DNA of 62,158 nt, filler included. It is 5 parts of 5 records of this genome, joined end to end, with 100 filler letters (N's around TTAATTAATTAA, not from the genome) between each part and the next. Parts side by side here need not be neighbours in the genome. Positions count along the whole stretch, not along the records: positions 30,340 to 44,620 come from DRR378314_680; positions 44,721 to 53,587 come from DRR378314_681; positions 53,688 to 62,158 come from DRR378314_689; 2 more parts are not named here. The stretch is one strand, 5' to 3'. The notes under the pieces are model-generated. The model had not been told where the DNA came from and did not search any database. It saw nothing but the letters and a program-made list of their open reading frames with translations. The position numbers and the translations under genes were made by a program. Shown in pieces: positions 44,498 to 55,762 of this stretch (the stretch's first letter is position 1; the number at the start of each line of letters is the position of its first letter).

Positions 44498-44620
44498 GTG
44501 GGAGTGGGCCTTGCCCGCGAAAGGGCGCCGCCAGGCCGCCCGGCAGGATACCAGAGACCCTGTTGGCGGCTTCATAGAAAAGCCTCTGGAATCCCGCCGG
44601 CAAGCTCCGCTTGCCTTTCG
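44498..44620. repeat. REP-like element, probably the first unit of an inverted REP doublet cut by the contig end
   Basis: GTGGGAGTGGGCCTTGCCCGCGAAAGG resembles Pseudomonas-type GTRG-tagged REPs. The contig ends in CCTTTCG, the reverse complement of CGAAAGG at the end of the first unit. Confidence 0.7.
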
Positions 44621-44720
44621 NNNNNNNNNNNNNNNNNNNNNNNNNNNNNNNNNNNNNNNNNNNNTTAATTAATTAANNNNNNNNNNNNNNNNNNNNNNNN
44701 NNNNNNNNNNNNNNNNNNNN
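44621..44720. other. Artificial contig spacer
   Basis: N-run + TTAATTAATTAA + N-run. Confidence 0.98.
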
Positions 44721-44726
44721 TGTCGT

Positions 44727-47712
44727 CTAACGATGCGGATTTCGCTCGAACCGATCGAGCGCGGAGCGTTTCTTCGGCGCAATAGGCTCACGCAAGCGCT
44801 TCCGCGCCTCCTCCTCCTTGGCGAGCTTCTCGCGTAGCTCCTCGCGTTTCTGGTCGACCACATTGTCTTGCTTCCGTTTCAGGCGCTTGAGAACTGCAGT
44901 GTCCGGGGAAGACGAAGAGAGGGCGCCACAACGAAGGCCAGCAGCGCTCTGCGTTCAGTATGTGGCGCGCGAAACTGACAACAGCGCGCGCGCGCCGGAG
45001 AGCTGCGGTACGAATCACAATGCACTTGACTACCCCCGACTTCCACATGCGCTATCCTTCTCAAGTTTCTTCATATGCAAAGACAGAGAGCAACGCTTAA
45101 GGTAAACCCCTGTCTTGAGGGCGGGGAAAGCGCGGCCAGATCTCGCGAGCGCAGGAACAAGCGTTGCTGTGACAAGCGCGATACCCACGCGCGCAACCTC
45201 GCTCCCTTCTCCGCCGCAGCCCGCAGAGCGCCGGGTATCAACGCACGATAAAAAATTTAACCTCTCATACTTGATGATACTAGCTGCCCATATTCATTAA
45301 CGGGGTGAAGTACAGAAGAAGAAGCGTACTGAATAAAAGCGGTACATTGCTGCACAAATCATGAGGCCGACACAGGAGAGGCGAGAGTAGAGAAACCTGT
45401 TAGAACCCCTACGCTACAGCGAAGACCAGTGCGTACCCTTGTTGCGACCGCGCGCCTTCTTTCGCATATGTACGACGTTGTTCGCCGCGTCTGCTTTCGC
45501 GCGCGCTTCAGCTTCGGCTTCGGCTGCCGTGCGCGACACGGTGCCGACAACGTTGGCGTCGAGGCCAATCATCTCCGGTTGGAGCTTCTCCAGCAGCGAG
45601 TGCACAGTCGCTTCGCTGCGCTGGCGCGGCGTGGCAAACGGATTAACTTCAAAGGAATCAAAGTTCGGTTCGCCTGACCCGGGTACAACGATGGACGCGA
45701 GTCCCTTGCTGGTTCCGACTGCCAAAACATCTTCAAAGGGGCAGAATGCGACGTCGCAGGTCCGGTCGCCGTCGTACCGGTGGACCACGTAAGGCGAGGC
45801 CTGGCGCTTCTCGAGCGCATCCTTCCACACAACCGTCTGGGCGCGCAAGCCCACCGCAAGCAGACCGCGCTGCGATACATCGAGCTCGACCGCAGGCGAT
45901 GTAGTGCGGTATTCGTGGCGAAGACGATATGTGCGCAGGTCCCACACTTTGACTGTCGAGTCTACTCCCGCGGTGATGAGTGAGAGGCCCTCGCGGTCGA
46001 CAGCCACAGCGCGTACAGTTCCGCGGTGGCAAAGCATGCGGACGAGCGGCTCGTTCATATTGGGGCTCCACATTGTGACCGTTCCGTTCCCGTGGCCAAG
46101 GCACAAGACAGCATTTGAAGGATTCTGGCGCATCACCGAGCAGGCGCCAAGGCGCGTGCGGTGCTGCGCCACGAGTTGTCCGGTCGATGTGTCCTGATAC
46201 TTGAGCCACCCGGCGTTACCGACAGAGGCAAGCAAGAAATGGTACGGCAGGAACTCGAGACGATTCACGTCAATATGATCGCGCATACAATGTAGCTCGA
46301 TCCCGCGGTTGTCGTATACGTATGTGTACTTTTTCTGCGCCACCGCAGTCATCGTCTCGTTGTGCAGTACGACCACGTCGCGCACGGCTTCGCCCACTCC
46401 GACCTCGAACGAGAGCTCCTTCGCCTGCCAATCCAGTAGCGCTACGTGGCCCTTGGCTCCCCCAAGAACCATGTACCGTCCATTCCGCGAGTACGCGCAC
46501 CGATAGGGGCCCATATCAAGGGAAAGCGAAAATGACTTGGCGGCTGTCTGGAGATCGACAGCATCTACGATCTCCGCTTGCTTGACCTGCAGAGTGAGGG
46601 AGCACGGCGAGCGAAGGCGACGGTCAAACGCGAATCCGCACGCAGCACGCGCGACGCGCACGCAACCAGTCCCTGCCTTGCAGGCACCACGAGCAACGCA
46701 CCTTCCATGTGCGTTCCATCCCTTCGACCTCGAGATATCCTGCATCGCTCGGGAGCAGCAGTTCTGCCTCTGCAGCGCTGCGCGCCGCATTGCGGAGGCG
46801 GGCTTCGTTCTTCTTGAGCTTCGTCCGCAGCTTCTTGTCGCGGACGCCCTGCATCGCGCGAGCACGCCATCGATTGAAGAGCCTTTAGCAGCACCACGCG
46901 CCGCAGCGAGGGGACGGGTACATTCAAGCTCGAGCATTCACGCGTATACGTTGTATTGACAAAAAATCATGAAAAAATGACGCCGATCTGACTGAGGGAA
47001 AAAAAAAAACTGTCTGCGAGGAAGCGCACTGGCGTGCGGTTGCTTGACCGCGACCACGCGGAGCATCGCGAGCGCACGCTGCCGCAGCGCAGCAGCCCCA
47101 ATGGCAACCGCACAGCGGCCGCGCGCTCACTGCCCCTCTCCGAAACTCGATAGCCGAGAATATAAATATCACAATTCAGTTTATGGTCACCAGTGCGTCA
47201 TACCTTGACTTCAGCTCGCTTGCCGCGTTCATACTTGCGGGCGCGTTTCCCGATGCTCGCCGGCCGGTCCTGCAGAAGGAGCAGCCGCGCACGCGAGAGC
47301 ACGCGGCGCGCGAGGAACCGGAGGAACGCAGCGCGTCTGCACGTGTCAGCACGGCCAGGAGCGTGCACGGTGAAGCACCCGGCTCTGGCGATGCCTGCTC
47401 ACGAAGAACCTCGAGGACGTGAGCACACCGTGTACACCCATCGGGAGATGCGTGCGCGCCGGCTCCTTCTCCACCCGCGCAGCTGCCGGGCGCACGCGGT
47501 CGGCGCGGTGTGGGCGGGCGGGCGGCGAGGGGGCAGAGCGGGCGGCGCACGCGGCACACAGGCGCAGCGCGCCCAGCCTCCCGAGCGCACAGCGACAAAC
47601 GCGTGGCGCAGTGTACACGATATGCCGTTCTATACACGCACGCTCCTGCACCTGTATATTTTTTTTCACGCACCGTATCGCTTCGCGCAGCACTTGCGCT
47701 TCCCCCCGCCAT
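44727..47712 (-). CDS. WDR46: WDR46/Utp7 (BING4) SSU processome WD40 protein, 5 exons
   Basis: Exons 47712-47674, 47269-47204, 46848-46702, 46586-45437, 44893-44727, in phase. Motifs LLLPSDAGYLE, GPYRCAYSRNGR, AVAQKKYTYVYD..GIELHC, LEFLPYHFLL, FCPFEDVL, VPGSGEPNFDSFEVNPF..SLLEKLQPEMI (BING4CT) and terminal SALDRF. Confidence 0.95.
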
Positions 47713-48029
47713 AACTCGCAGCAGTAAATAGACAACGAAGAAGAAGACACTCTGTGTAGACTGCACTTGAGGCTGCCGCTCCTGCAAGACTCCCTCGCTT
47801 GCACAGCCAAGCTCTGGGAACTAGGGCGACGGTATGATTCTCCCTGCACGCCGGCGCGTGGCTGGCTGCGAGGTTGTGGAACATAGGGGTAAAGTAACCT
47901 GGTAAGAATCCTTTTGATGGTTAGTATACTAGGTTGGAGTAATATTGCGCGCAGACGGCCCTGCAAGAACCTCCGCGCTGGGTGTGCTTCTGCTGGAAGA
48001 GAAAGCGTGCGCGCGGACCGTCGTGCACT

Positions 48030-51000
48030 ATGGAGGAGCGCGAGCGAGCTCCAGAATACGAGGCTCTGCGTAGCGTTGAGCAACGTATTCGAGATCAAAC
48101 TGGCGACTCGTATGGATATGCGGAGACTGGGGTCGATTTGGAAGCGCTTCGCTCGACCGAGTACGCGCACGTCGGTTCGCACGTGTATCTCGACCACGCA
48201 GGCGGTACGGATTCTGTTCCCCCGCTTGCGCACCTGTATGCCGCGCGCTTTACCACGGAATCGGGTGGAAAGGGCATCCTATTCAGTGGCATTAGTTGTA
48301 TTGACGTGATAATATTATTTGTCTGCGACTGCGTCATATTGCGCTGTATGATGCTTGCTTTGATTGCTTGCGCGTGCAGCACCGCTCTTCTCAAGCGCGC
48401 TGGTGCGCGAGGCGGCAGAAGCGACCATCGCCGCAGTTCCCGCGAACCCGCACTCGCAGCACGCGCTTGCGCAGCGCACCGCCGACGTCGTCGAGTCCTT
48501 TCGGTGCGTTCTAAAGGAGCGCATGTGTTGCTGTATAGAGTCCGGGGGCGGGCCACGCTGCCGCGCTCCTAGCTGATCGCCGCGGTGCGGGCAGACGTTG
48601 CGCGTGGGCTTCGCGCGCTTTCCCGGTCGTTGCGCAGCGCGCTGTGACCACGAATATACCTCAAGGAGGCAGCGCTCGCCTTCTCCTTTGAAAGCGTTTC
48701 GCGCTGATTCCCTTGTTTTTTTGTTGCAATATGAACTGGAATTTTCTTTGTAGGCGCGAGGTGCTGGCGTTTTGTGGGCTCGAAGAAAGCCAGTGGGCAT
48801 GTGTGTGGACCTCGGGCGCAACCGCGGCGCTTAAGCTCGTCGGCGAAGGCCTTCTCCTGGGAGAGGACACCACAGCGCTCGTGCTGCACGAAGATTCCCA
48901 TTCTTCGGCGCTTGGCATGCGCGGGTTTTTGGGACTGACCAGGAGCGACGTATCGTCGGCGGAGGGCGAGGAGCGCTCAGTCGTCGGAGAGCCTCCCGCT
49001 GGCTCGTACGCGGTGGTGCGCGGAGCGCGAGCGGGCGAGTGGGACGGCGCCGCGTCCGCCGAGCTCCGCTCAAAGTCCGGTGCGCAGGAACGCCAGCGCC
49101 GCATCTTTGTAATTTCCGGTGAGTCGAATGCAACAGGTCAGCGCTATGCTGCCGGCGAAATTGCGAAAATGCGTTCCGGGCATGTACCTTCCGGGAAATC
49201 GTACACGGTCGTCCTCGATGCGGCCAAGTTGGCCGCGAGCGCGCCGCTCGCCGCGCACGCGGATGCTGCCGATTTCGTCATACTGTCGCTGTACAAGATT
49301 CTCGGATACCCCACCGGACTCGGCGCGCTCCTCGTACGGCGGTCAGCGCCCTCGCTGAGGAAAGTTTTCTTCGGTGGTGGAACAGTGGCGGCCAGTGCGC
49401 CGCAGGGCGGCTTCGTCATTCCTCGTAGTCGGCTCGAGGAGCGGCTCGAAGACGGGACTGTTCCCTTTCACACCATCATCGCCGCGCGCATTGGCCTCAA
49501 GGCGCTATGTGCGCGCATGCCGCCGCATCTCATTGATCGCCACACGTTTGCATTGGCCAAAGCAACCCACAGCGAGCTTGAGCGCCTGCAACACGCGAAT
49601 GGCAGGCCGGTGTGCGTCATGGTGGGTTCGTTTCAGTCACAAGCCGAACGCGGGGGAACAGTAGCGTTTTCCGTGCAAACGCAGCACGGCGCGCCCGTGG
49701 GATACGCGCAAGTCGAGACGATTGCAGCTCAAAACGGGATCTGTCTTCGCGGTGGGTGCCATTGCAATCCGGGCGCCTGTATGGCGGTGTGCGATCTCTC
49801 GCTGGAGGACGTGAAGCGGTACGGTGCGAAGACATAGCGGAACCGGCAGCGTCCGCGCTGGAACCGCCTTTCTCGCCACAGCGCGAGGCACGACCGCACA
49901 GGAGGCGCACACGATGGAATAGGATGGCGCGAACACACAGAAAGCGTATACGACGGAACAAGACTGCTCATTGCTTCGCCTATCTGGCGATCCACAGGCG
50001 CATGCAGTGCTGATCGCTGCCGTATTGCTGAGCCGAGCGCCCATTGATGACGACTTGCCACAACTAGCTTCCCCGTAGAAAACGCTTGACTGGTCTTCAT
50101 TTCAACGATGATACATTTCGAAAGCAAAAGTTGTGAGAAATTAGAAGCGAGGAAAGCGTGGCTCGGCGTTGCGCCTCGTATCTCGCACTCCGCGTTCGTA
50201 TTTCATTGTGGTGCTGACTGGTGTTTTGTTCTCATCGCGCTCTCTCTGTGTGTCCCTGTCAGACATCACGCAGCTGGTCATGTGTGCTGGGACGCAAAGT
50301 CCGTGATTCAAGGCAGAAATACCGGGTTCCTTCGCGCGTCTTTTGGGGCTGTGAGTACGGGTCGTGATGCAGCGGCTCTGGTTTCGTTTATCGCGTCGCA
50401 TTTTTGCGCCACGGCGGAGAGCAGCGCTTCTACGAGCAATACCGGTGCGAGGGGCGACCTCGTCGTTGCCAAACTCACGCTATACCCGATTAAATCCTGC
50501 GGAGGTGTCGACGTAGACTCCTGGCCGCTTCAGTCAAACGGTACGATCGAGCAGAGAAAAATTATTTCTTTACAGGACTTTTGAACACAGCTTCTCCGTG
50601 TGCGGCGACGCTCTTGCACAGTGTGTTTGATTAGTATCCATTGTTGGCACTTCCTCATCGCGCTCTGTCGCTATCTCGCTCCGCTTTCTACCAGGACTGC
50701 TTCTCGATCGCTCATTTCAGCTCGAAGATGTACAGGGTCGAGCAATTACACAAAAGCGTTGTCCGCAACTTTGTCGAGTGCGCTGTCGGTTATTGGAGCG
50801 CGGAGCGGGTATCGGAATTCGCGTAGATGGATCTCCGGGGGAGATTGTTGTCTGGGCATCGGGCGACGAGCGTGACTGCGGCGACGATGCAGCTGCGTTT
50901 CTTACGGAGCGACTCGGTATGGCTGTTCGACTTGTTCGAGGTGTGGAAGGGAAGAACTCTGCCCCGCTTCTTCTGGTAACGGAGGAAAGCGTCGCGGATC

Positions 51001-52293
51001 TCAGAGACCGTATGCGCAAGCGTGGAGTTGCAGGTACGTCGTTGCGCGTCTCGTTGCAGTTGGCGAGGAATCGCAAAGATCACGAGTCTTTCGCAGACTC
51101 CCACACACCCTCTCTATCCCGATCACACGCGTGATCGTTTGCGTTTCGCATGAGGGATAACGAATGGATGCAGTTGCACCATGTCTCGCACTTGCAGTAT
51201 CCGCCGCGCGCTTCACAGCGGATAGGGGAGGTCGGAACGTTGCGGATTCGCCTCTGCTCACAGCGAGAGGGCTGTGCTGCGCTTTTCCAGCGCGTCACTG
51301 CACAATCACAAGTAGACATGCTTCTCTGTAGTCTGCATGAACAGTTGTCGCTTATCAGTTGTTCTGTAGCGTTCTTGCGGCGCCGAACGGCGGGAGGTGC
51401 GATTCTCGAGGCAAAAACGCTCTCCTGCAGCCACGGATTCCCGCTCACGCGCAGCTTTCTCATCACTTTGTACTCAGGGTTTTCTTTTCTTCTTTTCGTT
51501 CTTTGTTTTGTGCAACTGCGCGCGTAGAGCGAGCAGAGGAGGTATCTGCGGGTACTTTTAGGCCCAATATTGTTCTACGCGGCAGCGCATCGCCGTATGC
51601 GGAGGAAACGTGGACGGAGATCGCCGGAGAGAACGGTGCGGACGCGAGCGCGGCCTCTTGCTCACTCGCCCCCTTCCCCCAAACGCACACAGGACGCGAT
51701 GGGAGAGCACTGTGGCACCGCGTGGAATTTGACTGAGCATTAGACAGTCAAGTGATAGCGTGCGGTCTAGTGCTACGTATCAGATGCCCTTTTGTTCGTT
51801 GGACAAGTGTCGCGCTTTGCCAACGTGCTGCGCGCGCCGCGTCTTGTGCGATGCGCTGCAGTGTCGCTCGGCGGCTTGCTCCCTTGCCAGCGCTGCATCG
51901 CGATCAACGTGCGCGAACGCGATGCATCTCGGCACACGGAACCGCTACGGACGCTTGCAAGTTACCGGCTCAGTGAAGGAAAGGTGCGTACGTAAGCGAG
52001 AGTAGTATGTGTGATGTATGCTTGTGCTGCTCTGTAGCACCTTTCCCTGTTTGCTGCGGCGAGAGCGCGAGTTTGTGAGAGAGCGCGAATCGCCGGTGTG
52101 CGCTGTGCGCGGACGATGATCGTTGTCTGCACAGGAACGCATTCCGTCTCCGTTTCTTCGTCCCCATCCTCACACGGCACCGGATGTTGGTTTCGCTCGC
52201 CAGGTTTCTTTTGGTATTCTGGCGGCTGTGCGTGGACTCGGTAAGAATGCCTCTGCGACGCTCAGTGTCGGGCAGCCGCTCACCGCCGGTTAG
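48030..52293 (+). CDS. MOCOS: Molybdenum cofactor sulfurase (NifS-like PLP domain + MOSC), 8 exons
   Basis: Exons 48030-48204, 48380-48503, 48754-49818, 50263-50540, 50695-51033, 51528-51635, 51862-51983, 52204-52293, in phase. Motifs YLDHAG, NPHS, TSGATAALKLVGE, LDAAK, SLYKILGYPTGLGALL, FFGGGTV, EDGT, GCHCNPGAC, YPIKSC, FRPNIV and PCQRC. Confidence 0.94.
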
Positions 52294-53166
52294 CGCAGCC
52301 TTCGGACTTTAGGAAGGAGATTCTCCTATCCTACGTGTGCACAGGACAACCCGTTCTTGTTCTACGAGCGGAGCACGGGGAGGAAGGGAACTGCGATCGC
52401 TGTCCGGCGCGGAGGCGAGGTTGTTGTCGACGGGTGCGCTGCGAGCGCGCGGTCCTCCGCGCACCTCCGCACCTCAGCTGCTTGCGATCAGCGCGTCGGC
52501 CAAGCTGCTGCTTTATGCGGGCCGGCGCGGCGTGGGACCAAATATATGCGCAAGCGATGCTTTCGGCAGCAGCGAGGAAGAGTTGAGGAAATGAGGGTGC
52601 CTTTCTATTTGCACCACAGCTGCAAGGGAATCCCGATGTGCTGGTTTCTCTCTCTGCTCCGGTAGCTCGCTGCGGTGTCGAGCAAGCGCTGCTCGCCGCG
52701 ACCCGCGCGTCAATGCACGAGAAAGCTCTTCGGTTCTCGCACCCTTCAGGCGCGCTGCGTTTCTTCGATCGCCACCGGCGATCTTCGATGCGCTGTGCGG
52801 AAGGCGCATGTACACGGAGAGTTACTCCCGCCGGCGCAGCTTTGTGGACTCGCCCCTTGGTTGGCGCGTACGCGATAGCTCCACCGCAGCGGCACCTCGG
52901 CGACAAGTTCGCCACCGCCCGCAGCATTCGTGCTACAATGTGCACCCAGACGGCGCGCTCCGATTGCGCTCTGGGCAGCGGCGCACGGGGCGGCTCTGCC
53001 CAGTCGCGGCTGCTGCTGCTGTCGCGCTTTGTCAACGCGTCACTGTAGGGTTTCGCCGGTGCGCGCTGGAAGGTCGCGCCGCGCGGACCTCGACTCGGGC
53101 GCGCGCGCAGTGGCCCTTTTTCCTCCGCGTGCACCCGTCATTGCAGCCGCCTTTGTGACAGCTACA

Positions 53167-53267
53167 ATGCAGGCACATGAATATGCACGCACAGGCGATG
53201 TGGAACAGCTGCGCGCGTTTCTTGCGCAGGACGGGCGGGCTGTGGCGCGGCGCGACAAGTTCAGCCG
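53167..53267 (+). CDS. First exon of an ankyrin-repeat protein; gene cut by contig end
   Basis: MQAHEYARTGDVEQLRAFLAQDGRAVARRDKFSR with donor GTATGC matches the H-xA-xG...L...V-xRD ankyrin pattern. Confidence 0.6.
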
Positions 53268-53587
53268 GTATGCGTTCCTACACACTCGTTCGCTCTCACG
53301 CTCGCGCCTGCTGGCGGCGCCGCTGCGTGGGCAGTTCTCCTCCGCGAGCTCCGCCGCGCCCGGCCAACCGGCACGAGTGCAGACGCATGTCACAATCAGG
53401 GCTGCGTTTTCCAACAAACGACCTGCTGGGTGCGTGCTGTGGGAGATGCGGCGTTGCAATGCAGGAAGCGCCCGAGCGCGAGCGCGAGAGCGTATGCTTT
53501 CCCCTGCGGACGCTGCAACGCTGTCCCGCGACGCGGCGCCGGCTATCGATGACGTGGCGCAGCGCGCTAACGGGCGGTTTCCCTTGC

Positions 53588-53687
53588 NNNNNNNNNNNNN
53601 NNNNNNNNNNNNNNNNNNNNNNNNNNNNNNNTTAATTAATTAANNNNNNNNNNNNNNNNNNNNNNNNNNNNNNNNNNNNNNNNNNNN
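53588..53687. other. Artificial contig spacer
   Basis: N-run + TTAATTAATTAA + N-run. Confidence 0.98.
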
Positions 53688-53713
53688 TGTGTGTGTGTGT
53701 GTGTGTGTGTGTG
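53688..53713. repeat. (TG)n microsatellite at contig start
   Basis: Uninterrupted TG run directly after the spacer. Confidence 0.95.
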
Positions 53714-53916
53714 TTCGAGTTGTCGGCTGTACAAGGCGAGTGTGAAGCAGTGTGTGATCGGAATGCTCCGGCTACTGCAATGCGAAAGTGTCATATACCT
53801 CATTGTGCAGCAGAAACCAACCATGCGTCTCTTTCTCGACAAGGGGAGAGAAACGCGGCAGTGCAATATCTTATCGGTAATATGCATTCGTGTACTGCGC
53901 GTATCCGCATCTTCAG

Positions 53917-54705
53917 GTTATCGACGCCAGTGGGATTCGCCCTTCCGTGGTAGCGGACGCGCCGTTGGTGTTTGCCGCTGTTGTTCCGCTCGTCGTCCGT
54001 CACCTTGTCCCATTGGACGGTGAAGAGGCGCTGGAGCGTTTATTGTCAGAGGTGAAGGTGTCTCGTCGATATCTGCTGCTCCGGTGTGCGATTGCTGCAG
54101 CGCTTGAAAGTCTTCACAATAATTCCCTTTTGCAAGATAGTGGATTTGAAGGGATGCAGGTGGCGGCTGCAACTACGGTGGCACACCAGCAGGCAGAGCA
54201 CTGCTGTGGCGCACTCGCGAAGACGGCGCGGCCCCGTCCTGGCCAGCCGGCGCAACGCACCCTATTTCCAGAGAATACTGCAGACAGAGAAAAAGAGAGC
54301 GCACAGCAGCATGTCCATAGTACTGGTGAACACGCGGGTATAACGTCTCTGGTAGGTGAGGCTCCTGACACCGGCGCTGACTCGCGTGAGGAGCAGTGTT
54401 CGGACGGGCTGCTGTTCGGCGCGCTGGGCGACGACGATGAACGTTACGCGCCAAGCGCGGCAATTCTCCGAAGCGGGCTCATTCAGAATGAAAACGATGT
54501 GCCAGAAAAAATTCCCCGTTTTTCGACCGACACATCTGATGATCTAGCGGACGAGGCGCATTCCGACGCATTGCAGCACGCCCTGGCGCAAGAGGGCCGC
54601 GTAGGCGCCGAAAGTGCAGACGAAAGTAGAGGAGCCGCAGGCAACACGGACGACGTCGTGGCTGCGGTGGATTGCGACGCGCTGGATACGGATCGGTTGT
54701 GCTGA
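53917..54705 (+). CDS. Probable last exon of a hypothetical protein (helical region + acidic low-complexity tail)
   Basis: Acceptor TCTTCAG followed by a 789-nt open frame with protein-like composition. No domain recognised; upstream exons unresolved. Confidence 0.45.
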   Translation, partial: VIDASGIRPSVVADAPLVFAAVVPLVVRHLVPLDGEEALERLLSEVKVSRRYLLLRCAIAAALESLHNNSLLQDSGFEGMQVAAATTVAHQQAEHCCGALAKTARPRPGQPAQRTLFPENTADREKESAQQHVHSTGEHAGITSLVGEAPDTGADSREEQCSDGLLFGALGDDDERYAPSAAILRSGLIQNENDVPEKIPRFSTDTSDDLADEAHSDALQHALAQEGRVGAESADESRGAAGNTDDVVAAVDCDALDTDRLC

Positions 54706-55762
54706 TTCTTACTCTTGTAGTAATTGAAAAATCTAACGATCAATGACGGTCTGATCATTTATTGTGGGGAGAGGGAGGACAACGAGTTTCCAGCGTGGCT
54801 TGGGCAGGACGATGCTTACAGGGCTTCTCGCAGCAAGGATAGCCGGGGTGCGATGTTTCTCAGCGTATTCTGCTTCGCGAGCGCGAGGAGGATAATAAAC
54901 GCGCCGCTTTACATGTCACTGTTTTCAACTGTATTACGTTGGGTATGCATTGCGTATATTGGAAAGGGAACGAGGTGGAACTCTGCTAGTTGAAACGAGT
55001 ACGTTTGCTGGCATGTAGAAACCAGTGCAGCTGTGTCTGGACGCCGCTGGTGCTCGCGCACCTGCGTCTGGCTGCGCTGCAAACCTGCGCGTGCTTCGTC
55101 ACGTCGCCGAAAGTCTTCGGTGCCGTGATTCTAGAGCGCGTCTACCTGCATCCTAACACGATACAATCGTCGCCTTTGCGAACCACTCTTCACCTTTGCA
55201 CTCGCCGCCTTCTTGTCGTTGCTGATATGCAAGTGATTTTTTATGTAAATGTAAAAGATTTTTTTATAGCAAGCCCGAGCTTGCGTTTCCCGGTTCATCT
55301 CCGCTCGATTGTACCGTTCGCGTCATGTGCTATTCGCGCTCGCCACCGCACAGCTCTGGCCCCTTTGTGTGAGATATGTCGTAAAAACTGTGGATAGGAA
55401 AGACGGGCATGCAGGCGCGGGCGCTTCTGTGCTTCGCTACGCGGCGGGGTTCTACGGTTGCTTCGCGTCCGCTGCGCGCGGTTGTGTTGAACTTCTCGTT
55501 GTCGAGCGCGTGTGTCGAATATCATACGATAACCCTACCCAAAGAATTCATATGTACAGTTTCTCTGATACGAACAACACACTCAGAGAGACAACTTTTC
55601 TGACGCAGTGCGATTCAAGTCTCCGGTGACTGAGCCAATTGATATGAACGCATCTGTATTTCATGCCCTTGTCCGCGAGCCTCACCGTCCAGCTGTGAAC
55701 CGGAAACGACGTTGCACCTGCGTCTGCGGCGTCCCGCACCAGCTTGTTCTTGCGAGTGTGGC

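Noticed and set aside
30340..44620. Horizontal transfer or a tRNA-integrated genomic island
   Set aside because: There is no physical junction with eukaryotic DNA, no integrase and no att duplication; the content is core housekeeping genes.
16270..53687. Repeated TTAATTAATTAA as a biological repeat or transposon target site
   Set aside because: It is always centred in a 100-nt N spacer, so it is a contig-joining linker.
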